A DNA stretch of 64,000 bases from Eledone cirrhosa (lineage: Eukaryota): the NCBI GenBank assembly GCA_964016885.1, contig OZ024741.1, positions 206,150,001 to 206,214,000 on the forward strand. Reading direction: 5' to 3'. The notes below the pieces were generated by a model, which was not told the origin of the DNA, searched no databases, and saw nothing but the letters and a program-made list of their open reading frames with translations. Each line of letters starts with the position of its first letter. Position 1 is the first letter of the stretch. Of the stretch, positions 13,929 through 28,192 are shown piece by piece. The translations under genes and the position numbers were made by a program.

Positions 13929-14216
13929 AGATCAAAAGATGGTTAAAGGAGTTCCATATATTTTATTATGCGCATTTCAAAAACAAACATCATCAAGTGT
14001 TTTTTAGCCTTCATATCATGTTCTCCTGTTTTATCTGATGAAAACACAAATATTATTGCTTGATGATGTTTGTTTTTGAAATGCGCATAATAAAATATAT
14101 GGAACTCCTTTAACCATCTTTTGATCTTATATTATGCATACTCCAGTCCCACAAACTGTAGAGTGCTTCTTATCCGATATCTGCATTGCTTTATTGTACT
14201 ACAATAAAACTCACCT

Positions 14217-14219
<3 letters not shown>
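13921..14219 (+). mobile_element. Solo PLE terminal repeat with inverted duplication; same family as the 5' end of the 57106-59520 element
   Basis: 13921-13997 is inverted relative to 14060-14133; 14138-14219 matches the reverse complement of 59433-59515. Confidence 0.8.
14027..14097 (+). ncRNA. Type I hammerhead ribozyme
   Basis: TGTTTTAT-CTGATGA-long stem II-GAAA-TGCGCAT-A-ATAAAATA; palindromic stem III ATGCGCAT. Confidence 0.8.
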
Positions 14220-14255
<36 letters not shown>

Positions 14256-14769
14256 TCAGGTTATCAATAATGTAGTGATAATATATCGTCACGTTAGAGA
14301 TGAACAGCGTACGTGTAGGTTTGCTCAATGAGTATAAATTATATTCCGGAGAAAATGTAGAAAAGATGAATATAAAATGAAAGTGCTTTTTTAAAAACCA
14401 TATTATATGATTACGCAAGCAGCGATACATAGGTATTCCGTCTGTAACAGAAACATATGTAAATACCTAATAAATTCCTTTTTTAAAAAAGCACTTTCAT
14501 TTCATATTCATCTTTTCTATATATATATATATATGCATTAGAAGTTCGTATTTCTAAAAAAATATGGTATGTTTATAAATAAATATTTAGAAAGCCGTGG
14601 CTATGCAAAAACACCGACAGCCATCGCCATCTGGTGGTGTCCAGTAGAAGCAAGGGGGGGGGGGATCATTGATGCATTTCGAACTGGATTCTCATTAGGA
14701 CGATCCCTCCCGCTCTTTCAACTGCTGGACTTTGAAAACGGGCGAGAATATATAGCATTCTAGTCTGTA

Positions 14770-15259
14770 TAAAGGAGGTGATTAATCTCATTTGAATATG
14801 AAGCTATATAAGTTCGCTCAACTTATAATAGAATAGAATTAGAATTTAGCTTCGAGCATAGCTGTATACAGATATGTATTGGAATTGCGTATTTAAAAAG
14901 AAATACGGTTTGTTTATTAATAAACATTTAGAAAGCTGTAGCTATGGAAACACACCGGCAGCTTTCACCATCTGGTGTCCAGTTGCAAGAGAGGGAGGGA
15001 TCGTCCTGATGAGAACCAGTTCAGTCCGAAATACATCGAGGACTGTCTCCCTTACTTCTGCTGGACACCGCCGGCGTTTTTGCATAGCCACGGCTTTCTA
15101 AATGTTTATTTATAGACATACCGTATTTCTTTACAAATACGAAATTCCAATACATGTCTGTATACAGCTATGCTCGAAGCTAAATTCTAATTCTATTTGA
15201 TTATAAGTTGAGTCAACTTATACAGCTTCATATGCAAATGACGTAAATCACCTCATTTA
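14770..15259. repeat. About 490-bp imperfect hairpin with a hammerhead motif at its apex (14993-15052); partial inverted copy at 14535-14730
   Basis: Arms align as reverse complements; apex reads CTGATGA-GAAC...GTCC-GAAATACATC. Confidence 0.8.
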
Positions 15260-15559
15260 CACACACACACACACACGCACACACACACACACATACATAC
15301 ACACACACACACACCACACGCACACATATATATATAGATATATTGCTATTGTCATTCATTTTGTTTGTATTCATTATTGATCCATTCATGTAGAGGCTAA
15401 AATGTTGGATATATTTGTAACACCTGCACCACTGGTAGTTCAGTGATGCAATTTGTTATCGTGTATTTACATACATAAATCTGTACATCCTTCCAACCCA
15501 TTCCCATATGTTTTTATTAATTTCATTTATTGTATCATATTCATTTCTAATTTAGTCAC

Positions 15560-15760
15560 AAGACCAGCAAATTTGGCGGAATAGTAAAGTTGCTTAAATA
15601 AACACCAGTATTTTACTGGTATTTTATTTTATTGACGCCGGAATGATGGAATGCAAAGTTGATTTCGACAGCATTTAAACTCAAAATGTAAAGATCCAAA
15701 ACAAATACCACAATGGCAATTTATATGACGCTCTACTAATTCTGCCAATCCAACACCCTT
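15560..15760 (-). mobile_element. Diverged tRNA-derived SINE
   Basis: Similar to the SINE family core (ACTGGTATTTTATTTT...ATTTAAACTCA). Confidence 0.65.
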
Positions 15761-15808
15761 ATTGTTTTATATTTATAACCGTTTTATATTTTTGTCTTAG
15801 ATTTTATA

Positions 15809-16248
15809 TCTTAACTATAATAAAGAAAGGCGTGCGGGACTGCGTCCAGAATATATTCTTTTGTCTCGTTTGTGAAATATGTTGGACTAATTTGAATAAA
15901 TAATGAATGAATATTACATAATTTATGTAATTTATGTGAATTTCGTGACTCTTGATTAAATATAAATAATTTTATTGTTTATTTAAAGATTCACTTCTTT
16001 AAAATTTTCAAATATCAACCCTTCCGGTTAGCGCCCGTTATATTATAACACTTATAAAAACATCGCATATATTTCCGTCTCTAATTCTCTCCTAATGCAG
16101 TTTATATATAATATCGTCTTTTTTAAATGTATCATGGATTACGAATTTATTTGACATATATCTACATGCATATATATTTGAGTATAATATCAATATGCTT
16201 ACTACACATGCTAGCAGAAAACCACCCGAAAGGTGGTTTTTCTGCTAG
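15809..16248 (+). mobile_element. Short non-autonomous Helitron-like element
   Basis: A|TC start and terminal hairpin CTAGCAGAAAACCACC-CGAA-AGGTGGTTTTTCTGCTAG|T. Confidence 0.55.
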
Positions 16249-17623
16249 TAGTATCTAATCATTTAACCTTTCAGCCTTTTATTAAAAACATTATAATTGC
16301 GCTTACATGGGTGATGACCTTTCAGTAATATTCCCAACACGAACACACGCAATGAAACAGTTTTAATATGTTTAATATATTTTGATTATTTGTAAAAACA
16401 ACTATCATCGTTATTTAAACTTGTTTGCCTTAGTACATTATAATTTTTCTTGCGGTTTCTCATATATTTTATTGTATCTTTTATTTAAGTTTTGCATTGG
16501 GCCTGCATCACCAGTTAGAGCCATATGGATACGGCCGTGATATACAGCATGTCTTGAGTATTTAAATCTGGCTTTAACGCTGAATTATTTGAAATAACAC
16601 AAACAGCCTCTTTGAGGTCGTTCAGCCTTCTAGAATTAAAGGATAAATTACGCTTAAATTGTACAGTATTGGCTTGAAATAAGATGGGATAGTCACTGTA
16701 AAAACCTCTTTGCTTATAGGCCTGCTCAGTCAGGGCTGGCCCTGGTTTTAAGAATAAAAGTAACAACTAATATTTAAGTATAACAGAAACAGAACAGGAA
16801 AACGAAACAACATACATGCGAAATACTTTACATTACTTAATATTATTGTTATACGCTTATGTTTGTATCATTCATTGAAGTGTGGCCATGCTGGATTACG
16901 TTCAGAATATAAAACTTTTCTATGTTGATTTTAACTTGAGCCATTTGTAATATAAGATTGTACAAATAAATTTCGATTTGTGTGGGTAGCATTGCATGTC
17001 TGAAACAAATACCTTTAAATCTTAAAGGTCGAGTCCACTTAGTAGATAAGAGTAAGGTATGTAATTTAAGAGAAAATGCAGCGCCAATAACCCTTTAAAT
17101 GTTCAGGGTCTATGAGACCGTTGGAAGAAAGGGGAGAAGTTTTTTCTGAAACCAGACATCCAGGCCAAATACTTGCAAGAAAATGAACTCCAGTAAAGAA
17201 ACCCTTGAATCCTCGTGATTATGTTAAACCGAGTGATAGGTCAAGTCTACTTGCCGACTAGATTAAATCTACCATCCAAGATTTCGTCTACCAGACTAAA
17301 CTAAACACAAAAACTATCAACCAAAATTTATATCTACTTCTCAAGATTCAGTACATCATACAATATTATTTCTACCACCCAAGATTAATTTTACCACCTA
17401 GGATTAAGTTTATCATCCACCCAATATCAAGCCTACCATCCAAGGTTAAGATTACCCCTCGCACTAAGATTAAGCCCCCCCCCAGTTAGTCTATCACTCA
17501 AAATCAACCGAGAAAAAATTTATCACTACCAACCGAGAAAATCAATGTCAATTTACAAGTGATTCCATGCAAAAATATACCAACATTAAATTGCGTCTTA
17601 ACGAGATGGATATATATACATAT

Positions 17624-18397
<774 letters not shown>

Positions 18398-18425
18398 TTC
18401 TCTCTCTCTCTCACTCTCTATCTCT

Positions 18426-18508
<83 letters not shown>

Positions 18509-19127
18509 TCGCATTCGTTTAATGCTTCAACAATAAGAGAATAGCTGGTTCTGGTTTAAGAGAGGATTACTTTCATAAATTTGGGTTAATTCAATTGACA
18601 ACAAAAATCCGCAACATAATTTGGACGTGTCCACGTTAATACACAATATTAGAAGAATTGAAAAGAAGTTGGCGCTTGTCTTTTTCACTTTGGAAATCTT
18701 ATCAACTTTTAATTCTAGTTAAAACTGCTTTAGAACATTTCTTATGTTTTCTTCCATTAAAAAAAAATATTAATTTTTTTATTTTACATTGAAAGAAAAG
18801 TTTTTGTCTCAGGAATAAACACAAATATATAAATGAAACAAAGCAATGTTATAAACGAACAAGTATACCACAGACACATATAGAAATATGTATATGTGTG
18901 TATGCGAGTATTTGGATGTATGCATATATATTTGTGTATGTGTGTGTCTTCCTACTTCGTATTGTGAATGAAGCTGTTTATGAAAATTTAAAGAACAAAA
19001 AAGAAAGAAACAGAAATGAAGACTAAAAACATTTCTTGTGAGAATTACAGAGTTAAAAATTTATAGCCATGAAATCAACATATTTCTGCTCTTTCTATCT
19101 CTCTCTCTGTATATATATATGTGTGTG

Positions 19128-19196
<69 letters not shown>

Positions 19197-19899
19197 GTGT
19201 GTGTGAGTTTTCATTAAAAGGAGAAAACTGACTGAATGTGAAACAGTTTGATGGTACTAACTGAGATTACAGAATGTACCAGAGATTGAAATCTAAAAAA
19301 AAAACACGAGAAAAAAAGAACGGACAAAATACATTATGAATGAAAATGCCCGCGTCGACTTTGCTATTTGTCACGTCAATTATCGAACAATGGCTAACGT
19401 ATACAACAAGATTTCCGTTCCCACTACTCACTCTTTCCTGCTCTCTCTCTCTCTCTCTCAAACTTCTACCAATATTCAATATACTAAAAAGAATAGGTTT
19501 GCCGAAGAAAATCCTCTCCCACAATACTACTTTCGATTTGCAAGAAGCAAACAAACATCCATACGATTTTGAATGGAAGTGTGACATAAATAACAGTTCC
19601 AAAGTATTGTACTAATCGAAAACTCTTTTTGACGCAATTGATTGAAAATGTCTTGTTGCTTTTATGGAAGGTTAGAGATATTGTCGAGTGTATAAGTGAA
19701 GCAATAAGAAAACAAACTGATTTACAATAGTAGAAGTATACATATCACGTTATGTCGGACAAAGAAATTAAGAAGGAGGACAGCCTATTCGTATTACAAT
19801 AGACACTAAATCCACACAAAGTGCATTGAAAACTGAATAAATGCACGTAACTTTAAATGCATTTTTTCCATTTCAACCTCCGAGTGCAAACGTATCTAA

Positions 19900-20008
19900 T
19901 ATAGAGGGTGTCCCCCAAAAATGTATACATACTTTGATTACTTGTACAGGCAATATTTATTAGAATGCTGTTGATGTGTGTACACATTTGTTGGGGACAC
20001 CCTCTATA
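19900..20008. mobile_element. Tc1/mariner-type MITE
   Basis: About 33-bp terminal inverted repeats TATAGAGGGTGTCCCC.../...GGGGACACCCTCTATA with TA ends. Confidence 0.75.
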
Positions 20009-20199
20009 TTTGTGAACATATATTTGTGTGTATATCCTATTTCTCCTGCCTCGCTCTTATTTCATCTTCCTCCGCTTCTGCCACACTTCAGACTGCTTCT
20101 CTTTTACCTCTCTTTCCATTACTCTTTCGTTTTCCTTTATTATCTGATCTCTCTCTATTGTTATCAATCCTTCTTTTATATCCCCTCTTCTCACTCCAT

Positions 20200-20950
20200 T
20201 TTCCTCAGACTTTCAGTCTGGGACCTATGGATAACTTTCAGAAATTTCTGGCCTGGCACTACTACTGGGGAGCGATGCCGGTCCGAAATAAACTTTACCG
20301 ACATGAAAGTGTCACCAGCCGGGCATGCTCGAGATGCACGCAGAGTGACAAAACCGTCGTGTCCGAGTATCACTGGTTTGTGGGGTTATCTCGACACCTG
20401 CTGTCACGTGTAAATCGGATCCGATTTGAGTCCATCTTAAAATGCCCCGCTGCCCTTCCTTAGCCAGGATAGGTAGGCTGTTTTTGTCTGGCTAGTGGCC
20501 ATGGCGAAAGAGGTCGTATGGTAGATGCGACCCCCTTATTAACTTCTTCAGGTTTCACTTGAAGAGAACAATTAGGCTGGAGAAGGAGGACCTGCCTTCA
20601 AAGCAATTTATTGAAAGGTGGGTGAAAGAGGTGAGAATGGCCCGAGTGAATGAGCTTGCTCTGAGCGTGTGCCTGTAAATTGAGAAAGGACACCTGGGAG
20701 AGGGCACTTGCCCTGGCAGCTAGGGTTGTTTATGGCTTTTGTGGGCTTTCTCCATGAATATCCCTAGGAAGTCTCCTCCTATTAGGGAATTTTCTTTTGT
20801 TTCTATGTTTTTGTTGCATCCTTTGTTTTTGTTTTATACTCATTTTTACCCGCAGAAACTCACAATGTACCGTCCTGTGCTGTCCTTAATATATTTTTAT
20901 GTAAACCTTTTGTGGTCAATAAAGAAAACATTATTATTATTATTATTGAA
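20200..20950 (+). mobile_element. 3' end of an L1/Tx1-like LINE
   Basis: GPMDNFQKFLAWHYYWGAMPVRNKLYRH...CSRC zinc-finger remnant; AATAAA then (TTA)n tail. Confidence 0.7.
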
Positions 20951-21039
20951 AGAAAACATTATTATTATTATTGTTAGTATTATTATAATTTTTGTATTGA
21001 CTACTGAAGGGAAAGCCATGTTTCGTGTGGGTTCCGTTT

Positions 21040-22580
21040 GCTCAGGTTTAAACTTCACAAAAACTTAAGAGAAACTCACCTGCTACTTGCAGGTGTGGTG
21101 GTCATATCTGGAAGACACCCCTGTGGGGCTGCCACCAGGTTTAAATATTTCATATCACCTATTTAAAAAAAAACAAAATAACATGGGTAATAGCAAGAAA
21201 AGACAGCGAGAAGGCGAGAACGTTTCAACAGCTGAAGTTGAAATGTTGACAGATGAAAGAGTCTCATCAAACGAAAAGGAGAAAAAACAAAGCCGTATTG
21301 GATTTGAATAAAGAAAGTTACAGCAGTAGCATGAACAACAACAACAACAGCTATAGCATTGAAAACAGCGAAAATGACAACAGCAGCAGAAACAACAACT
21401 ACAGCAGCAGCAGTGACAGTAACAACAACGACGAGAAAAGGACAAACAAGTCAGCCGGTAAACCAATCATAAATGCCAACACTAGTGCAGGGGTATCTTT
21501 CGCCAGAGCTACCAAATCCTTCTCCCGAAAGATAAAATATTGTGATGAAGAAGTAACGCAGGCTAGACGGCTGGTTAAAAGAACCGGCCATTTTGTCAAC
21601 CTGAACACTCCAGTCGACACCATCCAAAATACGGTTGTCGTACGGTGACGTATCGTATTATCAGCCAATGACTGAGACGGCTAGAGAGAATTACAGAGGT
21701 TAAGGTACAAAAGGTACTATGCTCCGCTTGGAACCTAAAAACATTTATATAAAGAGGTAGGGGTTTCGCCAGTGGAGGAGGAATTTGCTACAAAAGAAAA
21801 AGCAAGATCTCACTCCCTAAAGCTCCTGAAAAGTGATGAAGTTCTGCCCATCCCCTACTACTGTTACCAGAGATGGGCAAAGATACGTGTCCAGCAGGTG
21901 CCGTCTGAAATAACCATTCCCTAGATAATCGCACCGGTCGCATAGAACACAAACTTCTTCGACGTCTACAAAACCAAAAAGAAGAACTGGTTAGGAATGT
22001 GAATAGAACTTCTCATCGAACTAGTCAAAAATTGTTGATACTATCCCCAAGCAAATACATCTCCCAGGCGGATCAGCCTACTCATAAGATTGGAAGGGAG
22101 AAAAGCCCATATTTGTGCAGCAACAGGGGAAAGGAGAAAAGACTCTTCTCCTAACATCAAAAATCCACCAGTTATGACCACCAAACCCTAGACAGCAACA
22201 ACATCGTCACCACCAAGACGAGCAGCAATATAAACAAAGGCAAGAAAGCTACCAACAACAATAACAGGCATAGAAACTGCAGCACCCACTACAATGACAA
22301 CGCAATCCCCCAGTGACTATTTAACACGAATGGAGGACATGCTACTCCCCGATTCCAAGTGGTCAGACATGACATGAGCTGAGTCTGACCAGGACGAGGA
22401 GTGGAAGACGGTGACAAAACATAGAAAAAAAGACAAAAGGAAAAACAGAACTGAAAACTATAAAGAACAAGTCTCACCCACACAAAAAGTGGAGAGGAAA
22501 ACACAACTGCCACAGATACCTCAAACATCACATCAACCACGACGACGACCACCACCACCACAAATGCCACCCAACCCTCC

Positions 22581-22611
<31 letters not shown>

Positions 22612-23550
22612 GTCCAACACAAAGAATCAAACATTAAAATCTACATAGGCTATAAACATAAATAATACCGAACTAATGAAATACTTTAAAAGATACACAA
22701 CCATTAAACAAGCAGATTTTTCAAACCCACAAACACCGCAGAAGCAAATTTTGCAACTCCCACAATCCTCATCCTATACACATAAAACCATTCAGATAAT
22801 ATAAGATATATACATCTAAGAACTAAATTCCTAAAGGAAATCGGTGATTTCCGAGGTAACATCACGAAACGCACACTTAGTGATCTGCTGGTGGAGACCC
22901 CCCAAAAATAATCGAAAAGATGGACAAACCTCCTTTCCACACAAAACAAAGTAAGTGTTCTTTCACTTTTCTTCCTCTCTCAATAACATGGATTTACTAA
23001 AATTAGGCAGTGTGAATGAAGGTGGCCCGGGGTCACCTTGGAAACAGAGCCACTTGCTGAACAATCTCAGGTCACTGAACTAGAAATTCCGAGTCACGAG
23101 ATATCACACCCATTTTTGGAGGTTACGAGGGATACACATCTGCAAGCCGTTCCATATTAGGAAGAGGAGTCACCGTGTTGTTTCGGAAAACCAAGATCTC
23201 GTGATACAGATATTCTTCCTGGATCCGAAAGGTAAGTTGGTGGTGCTGGACGTGATCAGCAGCGAATGCCTTGTTTTCAGACTAGTTACCGTCTATGATA
23301 CGACAGGGATAGGCGATCAAAATTCTTCAGATGTCAGGAAACCTTTCTAGGAACGTCCCGCTTTTTAGTGTTAGTGGCCGACTGGTCAAATCGCATCTGG
23401 CCATCCAGGTCGTATCTGGATAGGGTATTCTGTAGAGGCGTAGATAAAGTTAGTATAGCTTATTCATAATTTAATGTAGTCGACTACACAGACCAGAAAT
23501 ATGTGATCTGTATAGTCAACTTAGATAGGCTTCATAGGCAGAGACCCACA
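21040..23550 (+). mobile_element. Degraded 5' half (ORF1 + APE endonuclease) of an L1/Tx1-like LINE
   Basis: Low-complexity ORF1 pieces, then from about 22988 MDLLKLGSVN...FRLVTVY...FLVLVADW APE-like remnants. Confidence 0.6.
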
Positions 23551-24009
23551 CTGTACCTAATAATAGGTACAGCTCGGGAATTTATTTCACTTATAATATT
23601 CCTATGATTCAGGTGTGATTTTAGTATTTTCTTTACTCTCCTTATGTATTCAAATCTTATCATTATCCTTCATTGTCCTTCATTGTATTGTCATTTTTTG
23701 TTACCAGCCTCCAAAACATCCAAATAGCTATATCCCTCTTCAGTGTTGATCTCTTTATTACCTCACTTGTTGGTATCTAGATTCTTTTGCTTATTTTCTA
23801 TTTAGACCTTCTCTTTTGAACACCAATATAAGATTCTCTCTGTTCGTAAGATGTTAGGAACATCACATTAGATGTTCTGTTACCTTCTAAAGTAAATATA
23901 TAATTAGCTTCAGATCTTACATGGATAGATTATAAAATGTACTAGTAATATAATGTGGTCGATTTATCCATTCACCATGTGTACCGTGTACAGTTATAAG
24001 GGATTTTCA

Positions 24010-24420
24010 TAATTAGTTGTGTTATATGGTCTTGACTGTATTAATTGGACGACAAGATCACTTCAGAAGCTCTCTACATTCCAGAACAGCATCATGAGAC
24101 TTATGACTGGCAAACGGCTCAGCGACCGTATCTGTATCAGTGAGCTGCTCAACATTACCAAACTTAGACCAATTATTGTCAAGTCAAGAATACTCAAACT
24201 ATACTGACATATAAAAAGATCAACTTGTGGTGTGAGTAGGTTATGCCTGGAAAGAAGGTTGGCTAGTAAGAGAAGCAGAGGCCGGCAGCCAAAACTATGG
24301 CTTGATAATGTCAACTTATGGACTGGATTTGACCTTTGATCTTTAAACTCTGCTGCTGGTGATCGAACTTTGTGGAGAAAAATATCTTATGCCGCAACTG
24401 GTGGAGTTTAGCGTCACAGG
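24010..24420 (+). mobile_element. RTE-clade LINE 3' fragment
   Basis: LYGLDCINWTT...FQNSIMRLMTG...KRSRGRQPKLWLDNV, typical of the RTE C-terminus. Confidence 0.7.
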
Positions 24421-25108
24421 AAGAATTGTTTAGGCATTCGTAGTAAAATTGAGAATAATATTTATTTGATACTATATTGCTGTTGTTGTATTTCTTCTTC
24501 TTCTTCTTCTTCTTCTTCTTCTTCTTCTTCTTCTTCTTCTTCTTCTTCTTCTTCTTCTTCTTCTTTCGTGTCTAGAATGCTTCATAGCAATTTTAAATTT
24601 ACCTCATCCAACCCAGAAGCATGAGACGCTTTGTCTGCATGTTCCGAAATTAGAAATAAAATCTGAATAAGAAGATATCTTGGATATTTTGTTCGACGCT
24701 CTAATCCTAAATTATCTTTCTGAAATAATAATTGTTTCTACTTTAGGCACAAGGCCAGCAATTACCCAGTGCATTACTGGTACTTTATTTTATCGACAAA
24801 AATCTTTGATGCAACGAGAAAGACAACATATATTTTATTATATGTCAGGTGAATAAAATATGACACAGACCTAAACAATAAAAGTAAGAACTGCAAATCA
24901 GCAGAAATACCAGTAACGACAACAAACACAGCATTATCAACAAGATTGACATATAAATGGGATAAATTTAACGATGACTTTTTTGGTATTTGTCGCAAGA
25001 GAACCGAAAAAAGATAACAAATACAGCTAATAAAAGGTGAAAAATAAAGCCTAATAGGTGAGAGTTGGCCGAAAGGAGCGATTTACCATCATTCAATATA
25101 AACAACAA

Positions 25109-25813
25109 CTACAACGATACACGATCGGGCCCACCCACAGCCCCGGCGGACAGAATGGAGAAGGCGTTTCCCCGGTGGACGGCGAGGGAGACGCGCTGGA
25201 AAAGCCACTCCAACTCGCGGGGCTCACACCTGCGGCTGGCCAGCTCAGCGTCTATGGTGGTGAGTAAGGAGGTAGCCCTGGGGCTGAGGACACCAGAACT
25301 ATCCACTGCCAGGGGTACGACCGCAAACCTGTCGGAGAGCGACCGGTATTTGGGGAGATTGGCCTTCTCAGCCCGACGTGCAGCAGAACCTGGGTCAGTC
25401 ATAGACTGCACCAGGTTGCGGCTGCAGAAAGTGTCGGTGCAAGTGGCATCCCAGACGAGGGGTTTGCCACCACGGAACGGGAAGATAGTCATGCCATCTG
25501 GCTTTTTGCCGTCCCCTTGATCCAGCCCCACCGGCTCGAGCTGGGAAGGGAAGCCTGCAGCGTCCAAGCCATGCTTAATGACCTCGTTGAGGGCAGCATG
25601 GCGTCGAATGCGGCCGGCACTGTGGCGACAGGAAAGAGGGTGGAGGCCGAAAGAGTCCACGGTGGAACCGCAGCGTCATTGGTGTGGCTGGCAGATCCGG
25701 AGGCCGAGCCTCAGGGAAATGCCGATGCGCAGGCTATGGTTGTCTAGCTGCGTTCCAGTGGAGAAGGAGGGCAGGGCATGGAGCCAGGTACCACTGTGGA
25801 GTTTGGAGGCCGC
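25109..25813 (-). mobile_element. CRE-clade non-LTR retrotransposon 3' fragment (zinc knuckle + restriction-like endonuclease)
   Basis: HPLSC...RH...EPVGLDQGDGKKPDG...WDATCTDT...KY...QRVSLAVHRGNA. Confidence 0.8.
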
Positions 25814-25950
25814 TAACAAATACGATCGCAACAACCACAACAGTAACAATTGCAATAGCTACAATAACTACACAGTATTTTGATTAATTACTAGGTGTAG
25901 AATCCCTGGGGAGACAGTAATTAGTATTGGTGAGAAAATATGTAATATAA

Positions 25951-27466
25951 TCTCTCTAAATATAAAACGGAAGATGTCTGTCTGTGTGTGTGTATGATTT
26001 TTATGCATTTCCACATTTCTCTACCGATTTAGATGATTTCTTTCCAATGTGCTCCAAATTTACCAACGATGGTCACCGCGTAAAAAACTTTGCCAAAGAT
26101 GTCCTGCTTCTATGAAAAAAATCGATAAAACTAAATACATGCTGTAACCCTCTTTCCACTACCCTAAAAAAATCGATGAAACTACATACATGTTGCAACT
26201 CTCTTTAAAAGGTTCATCCATCCCTCTACTCCCCTCTCAATCTCCTCTGCAACTCTTTTTCAAAGGTTCATCCCTCCCTCTACTCCCCCTCAATCTCCTC
26301 TGCAACTCTGTTTAAAAGGTTCATCCCTCCCTCTACTCCTCTCTCAATCTTTTCTGCAACTCTAACAGCGACAAAACTTCGTTCAGGAACGCGACATAAA
26401 CTTTGAAAACTAAGCAACACATCAATTTATACAACAACAAACATAGTCATAACGACGCTCATACATCAAATAACAAAACTTAAAAGCTAATAAAACTAAA
26501 TACATTTCATTCAAAACATTTTCTAAGTGAGTTAATATCTGTATACAACAACTACAACGGTACGCGATGGGGCCCACCCACAGCCCCGGCGGACAAATGG
26601 AGAAGGCGTTTCCACGGAGGACGGCAAGGGAGACGCGCTGGAAAAGCCACCCCAACTCGCGGGGCTCACACCTGCAGCTAGCCAGCTCAGTGCCTATGGT
26701 GGTGAGTAAGGAGATAGCTCCACTGCCAGGGGTACGACTGCAAACCTGTCGGAGAGCGACCGGTATTTGACCATTACATTTTACACCATTACATTTTACA
26801 TCAAATAACAAATATTCAAAAGCAACAGATGAATTTATACAACAACAAACGTAGTCATAACGACGCTTAAGCAATTATTTACTGCATATAAACTGTCTTT
26901 ATTGTGTTGTATCAGATGAAAGAATGGTATTTAACTAATGTATTGGTACGCGATGGGGCCCACACACAGCCTCGGCGGACAGAATGGAGAAGGCGCTTCC
27001 CCGGAGGACGGCAAGGGAGACGCACTGGAAAAGCCACTCCAACTCGCGGGGCTCACACCTTGAATCTCAACAAAAACATTATATTTTATTGTTGTTCTTT
27101 TTGTATTTTTTTTCTTTGTTTTTAGCAATATGAGACAAAAATAATGAGAAAACTTTTTTCAGGAACGTCCGATTTTTATTTTTTTTTTCCAGTGTGCTCC
27201 AAATTATCGCCCCTGTTTACGCTCTGTTGTGCTATAACTCAGACGGACTAGGCTTACAAGTTTGACCTACTATTTGACGTGCATTCTTCATACAACTTAC
27301 TTAGTACTCACTTTCAACTTATTCACGGTTCAATTGAAATTTTTCGCCACCCCCTTCCTTGCTTACCCGTATTTACTTTCTTTGCCTCAATAATCATAAT
27401 TGAGTGGAATCATTATGAGTACTTTAAAGCAATTACATTCCGAGCAACGCCGGGCACTTCTGCTAG
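25951..27466 (+). mobile_element. Non-autonomous Helitron containing CRE-element fragments and an internal tandem repeat of about 57 bp
   Basis: A|TC start, hairpin CCGAGCAACGCCGGG, CTAG|T end, inside an (ATATA)n tract; CRE pieces at about 26540-26768 and 26917-27060; three repeats at 26195-26363. Confidence 0.8.
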
Positions 27467-28150
27467 TATAATATAATATAATATAATATAATATAATATA
27501 ATATAATAGAGAAGGACATGATGGAGGACTGTTTCATATTTCATTCAGCTACATGTCATTCTTAGTTCATATATCTACTTAATTAACTTTAGCTCTACAT
27601 GCACTCACACACGCGCACACAAGCGCGCACACACACACTTACACTCACACAAACACACGCACGTACATACACACACAGATACATATACACGCCCATGATT
27701 GTATATATAATTCGGACTTATCTAGTGACCTAATATTCTATACTTTTTTTCTATGTGAAGAACCGATCATATGTTGGGGAACCTCCTGGTAAAACGCAAC
27801 TGTATCAACCCGAATGGAGTACTAGACTCTATTAAGGTACTGAAGTTAGCTGAACAAGCCCACCGACATTCCGAGTTGACACTGCACCCAGTGGTCCTGT
27901 GAGAGCCCCTACACGGACACATATTTTATTATATACATATTCGCGCACACCTTTCACTACATAAACTTACATTCATGCACACACATACGAACTTCCCACT
28001 AAGCACACATTCACGCACACACATGTATATATCATACATTTCACAACACACACGTTTGAAATTTTAATGTCTTTTCATTTCATTTAACTTAAATCTGCTC
28101 TCCAAACAAGCAAGTCAACCGATCGATTTTAAAAGTCTCTCATAGGGTTA

Positions 28151-28192
28151 CTCCCTTGATAATGGGTTTTTAAACCTGAAAATATTTAGGAT
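28151..28192 (+). ncRNA. Minimal hammerhead variant (U3-A8 core)
   Basis: CC-TTGATAA-TGGGTTT-TT-AAACCT-GAAAATATTT-A-GG, upstream of the PLE ORF. Confidence 0.55.

Noticed and set aside
17260-17545. Degenerate repeats of about 20 bp (CTACCAYCCAAGATTAA)
   Set aside because: Decayed minisatellite with no further structure evident
21253-22665. Asn/Ser- and Gln/Pro-rich ORFs as host exons
   Set aside because: They lie upstream of an APE-like remnant and fit a decayed LINE ORF1; no supported splice structure
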